From: Methanobacteriota archaeon | Lineage (GTDB): Archaea; Thermoplasmatota; Thermoplasmata; UBA10834 | Direction: 5' to 3' | Assembly: GCA_020347645.1 (NCBI GenBank) | Contig: CP070736.1 | Span: forward strand, 6,451-70,450 | DNA: 64,000 nucleotides | In this document: positions 1 to 9,609 of the stretch, piece after piece | Layout: every line of letters starts with the position of its first letter | Position numbering within the stretch: position 1 is the stretch's first letter | Made by a program: the position numbers and the translations under genes | Notes under the pieces: model-generated | What the model was told of the DNA's origin: nothing | Databases searched by the model: none | The model's input: only the letters and a program-made list of their open reading frames with translations

Positions 1-2
1 AT

Positions 3-707
3 GCCAGGACACCGGATCCGAAGAAACGTAGTCTGAGACTGCGCGGCATGCTCAAGCCCGAGGGCATCGAGCCGGCAAGGCTGCGCGATCTGAGAGTGCT
101 GTATCTCAATGCCGCCATGGAAGGCTTCTCGTTTTCGAGCATAGGACCGTTGATGGCGCTGTTCCTGATGTTCAGGTTCGATTTGGGCGCCGAGTGGATT
201 TCTATATTGATCGGATTGGCCATGGGCTTGGGTGCTCTCGTGGCCTTTCCTTCAGGACGGCTATCCGACCGATGGGGGAGGAAGAAGCTGTTCGTCGGAG
301 GCGGACTCATAGCATTCTCCGCGACGCTATTAATCCCGACGACATGGTCCCTGGTAATCATCGTATGCCTCTTGGGGGCCCGGAGCATGGCGTTCCAAGT
401 AGCCAGCCCCGCCCTCCGCGCCCTCCAGGCCGATGTCGTGCCCGAACACGTCAGAGGGAGATTAATCGGCGTACTCGAATCCATGTCCGCCGTCGGGGCG
501 GTCATCGGCGCCCCTATCGGCGGCATCATCTTCGACCTGTTCTACGGCAGGGAGATGGGGTTCCCCCTGGGTTTGGATGGCACCCTCATCCCGTTCGCCA
601 TCTCGGGGGCGCTTGGCATAGGCGCCGTGACGCTGGTTCAGCTCTATGTGCGGGAGACAATCGTTGGCAATCAACGCCCTATCGAGCGGCTGGCCAAGAA
701 GCGCTGA
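3..707 (+). CDS. MFS transporter, C-terminal half (5'-truncated by window edge)
   Basis: Frame is open from the window start. MFS loop motif GRLSDRWGRKK and about six hydrophobic helices. Confidence 0.85.
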   Translation, partial: ARTPDPKKRSLRLRGMLKPEGIEPARLRDLRVLYLNAAMEGFSFSSIGPLMALFLMFRFDLGAEWISILIGLAMGLGALVAFPSGRLSDRWGRKKLFVGGGLIAFSATLLIPTTWSLVIIVCLLGARSMAFQVASPALRALQADVVPEHVRGRLIGVLESMSAVGAVIGAPIGGIIFDLFYGREMGFPLGLDGTLIPFAISGALGIGAVTLVQLYVRETIVGNQRPIERLAKKR

Positions 708-736
708 TTCACTGGCCGCTGCATGTGACAGTCGGA

Positions 737-744
737 TTTATATA
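737..744 (+). promoter_or_regulatory. Putative archaeal TATA box
   Basis: TTTATATA about 25 nt upstream of ATG 770. Confidence 0.5.
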
Positions 745-769
745 CGCAGGCGTTCGTTCGTTCGATGGC

Positions 770-3211
770 ATGGGTGGTTCGCTAACGGTCTCCGAACGTA
801 TCCTGTTTCATCTGCAGGGTTTCATCAAGTACGAGGAGAAGTACGAAGTTCCTTTTCATTTGACGCAAGACGGAATCTCGCAGTCCTGCAGCATATCGAG
901 GGCTCACGCCGCAATCGAATTAAAGAAGTTGAAATCATCGGGGCTGGTCGAGGAGCGCCTTTCACATGTCAGAAAGGGCAAGACACGGCGGAAGGTCTAT
1001 CTCCTGACTCATGAGGGCAAGACTCGGGCATCGGCGATCGTCCAGTATGTCAACGACAATCATATCGACCCCCTCGTGGACGCGTCCAAGGTTTCGCCTG
1101 AGGCAGTCTCCATTCGGGGCAGGAGAGCATGCATGTCTTCTCCTATGCCTTCTTTGAGATACTTCTTTGGCAGAGAGCGGGAACTGGCCGAGCTGGAAAG
1201 AGCTCTTCAGGACCCGAAGCGCAGGCTGCTGGTTGTCAGAGGCATTCCCGGCATAGGTAAAACCACGCTCCTGGTGAAGCTGCTCTCCGGGATGTCCGAC
1301 CAAAGGGTATATTGGTATTCGATCAAGCCGTGGGACATGCCAAGGAACGTCGCCGGATCATTAGGAGCATTCTTCTCGGAGAACGGAGATAGGCGACTGG
1401 AAGTATATCTGGCGTCAGGCGCATTCGAGGTCGGCGAGATGAGCTTCCTTCTTAAGGAGATGCTGGCAGAGAACGGATACCTTTTCGTATTCGACGATGC
1501 TGATGTGTCGGAGGGCATGCAGGAGTTCCTTCTTATGTTCAGGTACAGCAGCGGAGCTGGCAAGATGGTGGCGACGGTCGAGGGCGGCGCTCGTTTTTAC
1601 GACAGGTCAGAAGTCATCGCGAAGGGAGAAGTGGCTGAGCTGGAACTTGGCGGTCTCGACACGAGGTCCGCGTTGAAACTGCTAAGCGCTCGGGGCATCA
1701 AAGAGAAAGTAGGCAGGGAATTGGTCAATGCGGTCAACGGACACCCGTTATCCCTCGAAATGGTCACCGAACCCACGCCTTTAGAGGCGCGACAACAGCT
1801 GTCAAGATTCTTCGAGGAACGGTTCTATGATGCGCTGTCGGAGGAGCAGAGGTCATTGCTGCAGCTCGCTTCCGTATTCCAGAGTCCGTTCACATCAGAT
1901 GCCATACCGCGCGGCCTGAGAGGTGTAAGGCGTGGTTCCATGCTGCGGGAGGTGGCTCCAGGGAGGTTCGAGATTCATGCCTCGATACGCGACTTCGTTT
2001 ATGGTCACATGACGACGGAGGAGCTGCGGAGGTGGCATAGCGTAGCGGCCGACCATTACCTGCGATCCGGTGATCAACAGGAGCGGCTCCTGCACCTCCT
2101 AAAGGCCAATCGGAAACTGGAGGCTGAGATGCTCATAGCGCGCCTCGGAGAGGATCTGCTGGACGGCTACAACATCATCAGTCTATGGCAGGAGCTCGAG
2201 GGTTTCGAACCGTCGAGGCCGAGATACCGGCCCGGCGTGATGCTAACACGCGCGAGGCTCGCTGGCTTGATGGGTTGCTACGACGATGCCTGGCGCATCT
2301 TGGAAGAGGTCTCACAGGACGCGGCCGACGAGCTAAGAGCAGAGGCTCTCATAGAGATGGGGCTGATCATGAGCGAACGAGGGACCCTCGAAGAGGCCTC
2401 GGAGCTTCTGACCGACGCCCTTTCCCGAACGGGCGAAACCACCAAGCTGCGATCCAAGGCATTGAGGGGCTTGGGCGTGGTCGAGTTCAGAATGGGCGAA
2501 CACGCCAAGGCGGAGGAGCTTCTGCGAAGGAGCGTCCAAGACTCTCTGTCCGTCATGGACCAGAAGGGTCTGCTCAAGGCGCACCTTGAGCTCGGCAACG
2601 TGCTCATAGCGCGTGGCGAGTACGAGAAGGCGATCGAACACTACTCTAAATGCGCTGTTGGCATCGGTCCAGCGAACCTCTCAAATTCGTACTTCAAAAT
2701 GGGGGTGGCTTGTGCGCGCCTCGACAGGCTCGCAGAGGCGAGGTCGCACCTCGAGAATGCGGTGAGGTTGGCGACCGACACCGGCCAGCCAAGGACCAAG
2801 GCGAAGGCCCTGGAATCGCTCGCTGAGGTATTGATCAAATCAGGAGACACTTCAGCCGCCAAGGAGCGATGCTTCGAGGCGCTAGAGGTATGCTCGGAAC
2901 TCGATGACTGTCTGGGCGTAGCTGCTGCGTACTCCAACCTTGGCAGGATTGAGAAGCTCTTCGGTAACGACGCGTCGGGCGAGGAATATTATGCGGAGAG
3001 TTTGAGAGCGCTCGAAGGCTCGGGCGTCAACAGGGCGACGGCGGAGAACAAAGCAGAGTTGGGCAAACTCCTCGCCGGACAGGGTGAAACGGACCGAGCA
3101 GCTGCGCTGCTCGAAGAATCGATCGAAATATCGAAATCCATATCTGCCGCGGACCTCGTATCGATGGCTGACGCAGAGCTCAGAAAGATCGAGGATATCG
3201 ACGGCCATTGA
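770..3211 (+). CDS. Winged-HTH / STAND-type P-loop NTPase / TPR protein
   Basis: N-terminal wHTH-like segment (LTQDGISQSCSISRAHAAIELKKL), Walker A GIPGIGKTT, Walker B FVFDD, GHPLSL motif, then many TPR-like repeats. Start moved from 194 to ATG 770 because the upstream part overlaps the MFS gene. Confidence 0.85.
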   Translation: MGGSLTVSERILFHLQGFIKYEEKYEVPFHLTQDGISQSCSISRAHAAIELKKLKSSGLVEERLSHVRKGKTRRKVYLLTHEGKTRASAIVQYVNDNHIDPLVDASKVSPEAVSIRGRRACMSSPMPSLRYFFGRERELAELERALQDPKRRLLVVRGIPGIGKTTLLVKLLSGMSDQRVYWYSIKPWDMPRNVAGSLGAFFSENGDRRLEVYLASGAFEVGEMSFLLKEMLAENGYLFVFDDADVSEGMQEFLLMFRYSSGAGKMVATVEGGARFYDRSEVIAKGEVAELELGGLDTRSALKLLSARGIKEKVGRELVNAVNGHPLSLEMVTEPTPLEARQQLSRFFEERFYDALSEEQRSLLQLASVFQSPFTSDAIPRGLRGVRRGSMLREVAPGRFEIHASIRDFVYGHMTTEELRRWHSVAADHYLRSGDQQERLLHLLKANRKLEAEMLIARLGEDLLDGYNIISLWQELEGFEPSRPRYRPGVMLTRARLAGLMGCYDDAWRILEEVSQDAADELRAEALIEMGLIMSERGTLEEASELLTDALSRTGETTKLRSKALRGLGVVEFRMGEHAKAEELLRRSVQDSLSVMDQKGLLKAHLELGNVLIARGEYEKAIEHYSKCAVGIGPANLSNSYFKMGVACARLDRLAEARSHLENAVRLATDTGQPRTKAKALESLAEVLIKSGDTSAAKERCFEALEVCSELDDCLGVAAAYSNLGRIEKLFGNDASGEEYYAESLRALEGSGVNRATAENKAELGKLLAGQGETDRAAALLEESIEISKSISAADLVSMADAELRKIEDIDGH

Positions 3212-3216
3212 ACCCT

Positions 3217-4746
3217 TCAGATCTGCGGCATCTTCTTGAGCCAGTCGATGTCCGATATGTATATGTCCCTTATATCCTTGAGTCCCCAGACTGGCATTGC
3301 GAGTCGCTCCAAACCGAAGCCCCATGCGAGCACGGGTTCATGCACTCCGAGTGGCTCGGTTACCTCTGGTCTGAATATGCCGGCCCCTCCGAGCTCCATC
3401 CATTGTCCGTTGAAGAAGATCTCCACATCGAGCGACGGTTCGGTGTATGGATAGTATGACGGCCTGATTCGGATCTTCGGTATGCCCATGCGCAGATAGA
3501 ACTCCTTCAGTACGGTGCACAACATGTCGAAGTTTGCCCCCTCCTCACAGATGATGCCTTCGATCTGCACGAACTCCGGCAGGTGCGTCGAATCCATCGC
3601 TTCGTTTCTGAACACTCGTCCGATCGAGAAGACCTTGAACGGAACTTCTGGGTCCTCCGCGATTCTGCGGATCGTGTTGACCGTCGTGTGAGTTCGAAGC
3701 AAAGTCTTCTGGGCCTCTTCAAGACTCCAATCGTACCTCCAGCCTAGGGAGCCTGTCTTCCAGCCGTTCTCGTGCACCTGTTTGACTATCTCCACAAGCT
3801 CCAAATCCCCCGTCAAATCGGACTTCGCAGGGTCTGACAGGTAGAATGTGTCGTGCAGCTCCCTCGCAGGATGGTCCTGCGCGGTGAAAAGGACGTCCAT
3901 GTTCCAAAAAGCGGATTCGAGGTAGTCTCCGGTGATTTCAGTGAAGCCCATGGTCAGAAATACATTCCTGATCTTCTCGATGAGGAGCGTGATGGGATGA
4001 GCCCTTCCTCCGTAGATCGTTGGAGCGAACGCCCTGACATCATACCTCCTGATATCGACCTCCCTCCAAGTCCCCGAACTGATCGTCTCTGGCGTGAGCT
4101 GCCCGATCTCGTCCTTGATGTCAAAACCCGTCGCTGCTATCTCGGTGCCTCTGTCAGTCAGAGATATGTCTCTTTCGGTCACTAGCCTTTCGCTCAAGAA
4201 ATCCTTCCTTTGCCTGAGCTGGTCTATGGCCATCCCGTCCACTTCGTTCTCATCGAGGTCACCTTCTGCGAGGCGCTTCATCAACAGTTCGTCTTCACCT
4301 TCGATTTCAAGGGCGTCGTGTCCTTTTTGGGTGAGGGTGATGACCGTTTCCCCACCGTCCTTCGAGAACTCACCCCATCCCTTCTTTCTGATCCATCCGA
4401 GCGCTATCTGGAGCTCCGATTGCTTGAAGGTGCCCGCACGCTTGAGCTGAGTCATGGTCGCCTTCCCGTCAAACTCCGTCAGGATGGCCCTGGCAACCGC
4501 CTTCTCAGGAAGTGTCTTTCGCGCATCGTCAGGGTCCTTCAGCGAATATCTCTTTGTCACTCTCTCTCGTACAACGACTAGCCCTTTCGCCTGCAACCAC
4601 GAAGTGGCGTTCATGACTTCGACCAGCTGATTGAGTTCTGCTCTGGCCAATATCTCGCCGGGGTCAGCGCTGCGCAAGTCCCGCAGCGCGAGAAGAACCT
4701 TCTTCTCCAGATAGCTCAGCTGGTCCACGACCTCTTGGTTGATCAT
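3217..4746 (-). CDS. pheS: Phenylalanine--tRNA ligase alpha subunit (archaeal type)
   Basis: QDHPARELHDTF, GRVFRNE, YPYTEPS and AWGFGLERL motifs. Confidence 0.97.
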   Translation of the reverse strand: MINQEVVDQLSYLEKKVLLALRDLRSADPGEILARAELNQLVEVMNATSWLQAKGLVVVRERVTKRYSLKDPDDARKTLPEKAVARAILTEFDGKATMTQLKRAGTFKQSELQIALGWIRKKGWGEFSKDGGETVITLTQKGHDALEIEGEDELLMKRLAEGDLDENEVDGMAIDQLRQRKDFLSERLVTERDISLTDRGTEIAATGFDIKDEIGQLTPETISSGTWREVDIRRYDVRAFAPTIYGGRAHPITLLIEKIRNVFLTMGFTEITGDYLESAFWNMDVLFTAQDHPARELHDTFYLSDPAKSDLTGDLELVEIVKQVHENGWKTGSLGWRYDWSLEEAQKTLLRTHTTVNTIRRIAEDPEVPFKVFSIGRVFRNEAMDSTHLPEFVQIEGIICEEGANFDMLCTVLKEFYLRMGIPKIRIRPSYYPYTEPSLDVEIFFNGQWMELGGAGIFRPEVTEPLGVHEPVLAWGFGLERLAMPVWGLKDIRDIYISDIDWLKKMPQI

Positions 4747-4799
4747 GTTCTGGCCTCATTGGACGTGTAGCTTATTTACTTTTTCCACAGGCGTCTTCC

Positions 4800-5183
4800 T
4801 CAATAATCGATCTCGTCAATCGGCGGCTTGATGTCAAAAACCGGAGACCCGTCATAAGCGTCGAGTCCCTCCACTGTTGCTATGTTGCCCCTTACTCTTA
4901 CCAATCTTGCTCGGGTAAGCCCTATCTTGTTAGGCCTTTTCGGAGACCTGGAGGCGAACACGCCTACAAGCGGTTTGGAGTGGTCATGCATAGGATGTAC
5001 CCTCATCTTCACTTCTCTCTTCCTGTGAAAGCCGAAGATGACTAGGATGTGTTCGTAAGTGCTGAGTCCGTCGAGTCCCTCCACGTACTGCTCCTCAAAG
5101 ACGAGACGCGACTTCACCTTGGACCAGTCATCGACATCTCCAGTAACACCGTTCAGGACCGTCGCTATACGTTTCAGCCTCAA
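4800..5183 (-). CDS. tsaA: TsaA/TrmO-like SAM-binding protein (tRNA m6t6A37 methyltransferase family)
   Basis: GVFASRSPKRPNKIGL and GLDAYDGSPVFDIKP motifs. Confidence 0.88.
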   Translation of the reverse strand: MRLKRIATVLNGVTGDVDDWSKVKSRLVFEEQYVEGLDGLSTYEHILVIFGFHRKREVKMRVHPMHDHSKPLVGVFASRSPKRPNKIGLTRARLVRVRGNIATVEGLDAYDGSPVFDIKPPIDEIDY

Positions 5184-5239
5184 ATCAAATGTACCTCCGT
5201 TGAGGGAATCAGGCTGTGGGCTAATGAGAGTTTGGCTGG

Positions 5240-6358
5240 TCAGTCACGGATGAAGAAATCTTCGATTCTGTCTTTGGCCTTCTCTCTCTCGTCCTGATGT
5301 TTGCGCAGGAAGGTCCAGATCTTCTCGAAAAGCTGACCTTTGCACTCTCCACACATAATGCTGCCAGATTTGCAGTCCGAGCGAAGCTGAGCCAGTTTAG
5401 AGTCGTCCGGCTCGAAGTGGTACAGATTGTACTGGTAAATAGAGCATATGTCTGGTTCGCCTCCCATTCTCCTCTGCTCCTCGACTGACACACGCCCTCC
5501 AGTAAAGGCGTTCATCACCTTCTTTCGGGCGGTGTCCTCATCGTCGGTCATGAATATGGTGTCGTTCAGATTCGTGGATGTGGACATCTTCTCGGAGCCC
5601 GCCAGGGACGGCATCAATTTCGCATGCACCAGTGCTGGCTTGTAGAATCCCAACCCCTCGGCAATATCCCTTGTGACTCTGAAGTGCGGGTCCTGGTCGA
5701 TTCCACAGGGGATCAGGCACGGAACATTCCTGTCCTGAAGCATAGACTCTAGGAAGCATGGCACTGTCTGAATGCTGGTGAAGAATATGCTACCGATGTT
5801 ATTCGAATTGTCAAATCCGAATACCGCCCGGATGGTCGAGAAGTTGATCTTCTTCGCCGCTCTTACGGCGGTCGGATACATCGTCTTTATGTATTCTGTA
5901 TCCAGGAATATGTTTGTGAGCTTCGGGTCGAATCCGAGTGCGATGATATCTAGAGCGTTCTCATAGCCCCACTTCTTGGTATCCTCCAGGGTCAGGTGGT
6001 CGTAGAACATGAATTTCTCGTCGTCTGTGAGCTGGAACCACATCTTCGCCTTGAAGGTGTCCTGGAGGTACTTGGCAAACATCCATGGCATAGTGTGGCC
6101 AATATGGATTGGCCCGGAAGGGCCTCTTCCCGTATACAGCGTGAACCCATTGCCCTTCTCATGCTCGTCAAGGATCCAATCGAGGTCCCTATGGGAGTAG
6201 AACACGCCTCTTCGAAGCATGGCATGGACTGGTCCGTGTCGAGCGAAACGCTCGATCAGTGCACCATCGATCTTCTTAGTGCCAAACCTATCGACAAGCT
6301 CGTCATAGTCAATGTCGCCCGAGACTTTGTACGGCGTGACTTCGAATCCATCCTTCAT
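5240..6358 (-). CDS. trpS: Tryptophan--tRNA ligase
   Basis: YTGRGPSGPIHIGH, GIDQDPHFR and KMSTS motifs. Start set at MKDGFEVTP. Confidence 0.96.
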   Translation of the reverse strand: MKDGFEVTPYKVSGDIDYDELVDRFGTKKIDGALIERFARHGPVHAMLRRGVFYSHRDLDWILDEHEKGNGFTLYTGRGPSGPIHIGHTMPWMFAKYLQDTFKAKMWFQLTDDEKFMFYDHLTLEDTKKWGYENALDIIALGFDPKLTNIFLDTEYIKTMYPTAVRAAKKINFSTIRAVFGFDNSNNIGSIFFTSIQTVPCFLESMLQDRNVPCLIPCGIDQDPHFRVTRDIAEGLGFYKPALVHAKLMPSLAGSEKMSTSTNLNDTIFMTDDEDTARKKVMNAFTGGRVSVEEQRRMGGEPDICSIYQYNLYHFEPDDSKLAQLRSDCKSGSIMCGECKGQLFEKIWTFLRKHQDEREKAKDRIEDFFIRD

Positions 6359-6486
6359 GGAGCCACTGTCCAGGGTTAAACGATTCGATATTATATTCTT
6401 TCTCTCGACATCAAGGCAGCGGGAAAGGTATAAGCATGAAGAATCGTGTTTATCGGAAACGGCCAAGGTAAGGATAGGGCATTAGG

Positions 6487-7443
6487 ATGGTCTGTATTAC
6501 GGCGATTAGGGCGCTAGTAGTGGCGCTGGTGTGCGTCTTCTGCTATCCGTCTGTCTTCGCGAGTGGACATGGCTTTTCGAATGGCGACCGCTGGGTATAC
6601 GACATCGAGACGATCATAGGAGGAACTCCGGTGTGGGGGGAGCTTGTCTACAGCTACTTGGGTAGCCAACAACCCTACTGGGACGATTCGGACGAGCCGA
6701 TGGATGTCTTCAAAATAACAGGTTTCTTCGAGGGCTCCTCGTTCGTCGCCGGTGTCGAAACATCGGTCTCGGGAGTTTACGACGGCTATGGCTACACAGT
6801 GCAAGGCGGAATTGCCACTATCAGGAACGATATTGCCACCTTCGCAAACATGACGCACAGCAATGGGACGCTGTCTTTGGCCACGATATTCGACATACAC
6901 GAGGAGGTGACCTACACTCCCCCTCTAATGTCGGGTTTCGATGGGGATTCCGCTTCACTTGGCGATACGTGGAACGAGACCGTCGAAAAGCAGCTCATCT
7001 CATCGTTTGATGACGGTTCCGTCTCATACAACGAGGACACGTTCTTTGAGGAACTGTACGAATTTTCGGTAGACTCAGTAAACGAACCCATCGAGACCGA
7101 CGCTGGCGAGTTCAGTTGTATTATCGTCAATATGTCTTACGAGTCTGGGAATGAAGTCATATGGTATTGCCCAGCAGTCGGGAGACCGGTGAGGATCGAG
7201 CGTTACTGCAGCGAAGATTACGAATCGTGTTTTGTGGCGGAGTTGTCGGAATACTCGTTCGGAGGCGACGGGATTGCCTTGATGGTGCTCATCGTGGGTT
7301 TGGGGGTGGGTGTGATAATCCTCGTCCTCGTCGCTTTCATGGCCCCCAAGCGTTCTTCGGGCGCCATTCCTCCGGAAGAACAGGATGCGAAGAATGAAGA
7401 GTCGGATGACGAAGAGGCAGGTGAAGAGCTCAAACCAGGGTGA
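6487..7443 (+). CDS. Hypothetical exported protein with C-terminal membrane anchor
   Basis: N-terminal signal-like hydrophobic stretch, acidic body, C-terminal TM helix and acidic tail. Confidence 0.7.
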   Translation: MVCITAIRALVVALVCVFCYPSVFASGHGFSNGDRWVYDIETIIGGTPVWGELVYSYLGSQQPYWDDSDEPMDVFKITGFFEGSSFVAGVETSVSGVYDGYGYTVQGGIATIRNDIATFANMTHSNGTLSLATIFDIHEEVTYTPPLMSGFDGDSASLGDTWNETVEKQLISSFDDGSVSYNEDTFFEELYEFSVDSVNEPIETDAGEFSCIIVNMSYESGNEVIWYCPAVGRPVRIERYCSEDYESCFVAELSEYSFGGDGIALMVLIVGLGVGVIILVLVAFMAPKRSSGAIPPEEQDAKNEESDDEEAGEELKPG

Positions 7444-7459
7444 AGAAGGGTTGACGGTT

Positions 7460-7951
7460 ATGGCACGATTGTCAAGGAAGGTTTCGGAATCGAAGACAGT
7501 GGTTGCGAGAGTTATGATGCCACAGGATGCGAACATTGCAGGGAACGTGTTCGGAGGCGCAATACTGAAAGCCGTCGATGAGGTCGCCTATGTCGCGGCG
7601 ACGAAGCACGTGAGAGCGAATGTAGTGACAGTCTCCCTTGACAGTACGAGCTTCTTGTCGCCGGTCCGAATAGGCGATCTTCTCACTCTGAAAGCAAGTG
7701 TAAACGCCGTGTGGCGGTCGTCCATGGAGGTCGGCGTCAGAGTGGAAGCCGAGGACCCGAAGACAGGCGGAGTACGTCACACGGGGTCTTCGTACATCAC
7801 CGTTGTAGCTCTAGATGATTCGGGCAAGCCTCGCGAGGCCCCAGACCTTATACTCGAGACGCCTGAGGATGACAGGAGGAGCAAAGAGGCTCTCAGGAGG
7901 CGGAAGCGAAGGCTGGAAGAAAGGAATGCGGCGCCCCCTTCACACGAATAG
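7460..7951 (+). CDS. Acyl-CoA thioesterase (HotDog fold)
   Basis: DANIAGNVFGGAILKAVDEVA and SSMEVGVRVEAE motifs. Confidence 0.92.
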   Translation: MARLSRKVSESKTVVARVMMPQDANIAGNVFGGAILKAVDEVAYVAATKHVRANVVTVSLDSTSFLSPVRIGDLLTLKASVNAVWRSSMEVGVRVEAEDPKTGGVRHTGSSYITVVALDDSGKPREAPDLILETPEDDRRSKEALRRRKRRLEERNAAPPSHE

Positions 7952-8066
7952 CCCTAGTCGGACTGAAGAGCGTAACCCCTTGGGACAGCACTTATAAACC
8001 TCTTATTGAATGGCATGAGAGCGATTTTATACATGCACAAGGTTCACAAGCCCACGAGAGGATAAG

Positions 8067-9524
8067 TTGACAAATGCTGTTTTCAACCCACTGACTACTG
8101 CTCAGGAAGACTACGTGCATGAGACTTCGTTGCGCATACTCGAAGAAGTAGGAATAAAAGTCACTAGCGTACCGGTATTGAGCATGCTCAAGGAGCACGG
8201 CGCAGATGTCGATAGCAGGGCAGAGATTGCGAAATTGCCCGAATCGCTAGTGGTCGAGGCACTGTCCAATGCGCCAAAAGAATTCATGATGTGTGGGAGA
8301 GACGAGGCTCACAACCTCAAACTCCCCGCGGATTATCCCCAGGGAGTGAACGACGGTCAGCCGACGTACATGTGGGACATCGATTCACAGAGCAAGAGGT
8401 CATCGACTATAGATGACCTCATCGACATCGCAATCGTGTGTGACGCAATGCCTGAGGTCGACCTGTTTTGGCCTGAGGTGGTTGCGACGGACCTTCCGCC
8501 GGAGGTATCCAATTGCCACGAGTTCGTGGCTTCGCTGTTCTTCACAGGAAAGCACGTTCAGCATGGTGCGGGCAATCTCAAGGATGCCAGATTTCTAATC
8601 GACGCTGCTGCTGCTATAGTCGGTTCGGAGAAGGAACTGGCTCGCAAAACGATTATATCGATTACGCACACGCCTATGACGCCTCTGCGTTACGAGGCGG
8701 GAGATGTTGACGCCGTTGTGGAATTCGCCAAGGCCGGTCTGCCGGTGGTGCATCTCTCGATGGCGATATCGGGTTCGGTAGCCCCAGTGTCTTTGGTTGG
8801 CACCGTGGCCCTCGTCAACGCTGAGAACCTGGCAGGAGCGGTCATATCTGAACTGGCCGCGCCCGGCGCTCCTATTCTCTACAGCTCTGAGTCGGGACCG
8901 ATGGATATGCGGACCGGAGTATTCCTGTCTGGATCCACCGAAGGTTCGTTGATCAATGCAGCTGGATGTCAGATGGCACGGAGGTACAGACTGCCTTCTC
9001 AGGTGGGCGGCATTGCCGCCTCTGGATGCAGGCCAGGGTTCGAAGTCGGATACCAGAAAGCGATAAGCGGTCTCCTGCCAGCAATGGCGGGCGCGGACCA
9101 GGTGGTCGGAATAGGCGGAATCGAGCGTTCGGGTTGCGAGTCATTGGAACAGATAATAATGGACTGTGAACTGTGGCGGAACATAATCCGGGCTTGGAAA
9201 GGAATAGAAGTTAACGAAGCGACCATGGCGTTCGATGCTATTGCCAGAGTAGGTCCTGGTGGTTACTTCATGAAAGATCCTCACACGCTTAGACACTTCA
9301 GAAGCGAGATATTGCTCCCCGAGATAGCCATGCTTCCTGCGGATGGCAGGAATGGCGGTGAACCTATGAATGCTGCTGCTGTGAAGGAAGCCAAGAAGTT
9401 GTTGGCAGAGCACAGGTGCACTCCTCTGGAACCGAATATCCAGAAGGATATCATCGCGCTTCTTCGTCTCTACGATAAGAGCATCATAGACCGTGTCGTC
9501 CCAACAGACTACCTCGAACGCTGA
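8067..9524 (+). CDS. Trimethylamine methyltransferase (MttB) superfamily protein, non-pyrrolysine
   Basis: LSMAISGSVAPVSLVGTVALVNAENLAG, GAPILY and MARRYRLP motifs. Uninterrupted 485-aa ORF with no internal amber codon. Confidence 0.88.
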   Translation: MTNAVFNPLTTAQEDYVHETSLRILEEVGIKVTSVPVLSMLKEHGADVDSRAEIAKLPESLVVEALSNAPKEFMMCGRDEAHNLKLPADYPQGVNDGQPTYMWDIDSQSKRSSTIDDLIDIAIVCDAMPEVDLFWPEVVATDLPPEVSNCHEFVASLFFTGKHVQHGAGNLKDARFLIDAAAAIVGSEKELARKTIISITHTPMTPLRYEAGDVDAVVEFAKAGLPVVHLSMAISGSVAPVSLVGTVALVNAENLAGAVISELAAPGAPILYSSESGPMDMRTGVFLSGSTEGSLINAAGCQMARRYRLPSQVGGIAASGCRPGFEVGYQKAISGLLPAMAGADQVVGIGGIERSGCESLEQIIMDCELWRNIIRAWKGIEVNEATMAFDAIARVGPGGYFMKDPHTLRHFRSEILLPEIAMLPADGRNGGEPMNAAAVKEAKKLLAEHRCTPLEPNIQKDIIALLRLYDKSIIDRVVPTDYLER

Positions 9525-9609
9525 TAAATCAATCAGTCGGTGTACTGAGTAATTGCGAATACGCGTCTCACTCTCAAGGTTTAAGTGTGAGACATTGCTT
9601 TACACACTC

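Noticed and set aside
194-769. N-terminal ~190 aa of the 1005-aa ORF
   Set aside because: Alternative-frame overlap with the MFS gene and low-complexity Arg/Pro/His text. A TATA box and the domain start point to ATG 770.
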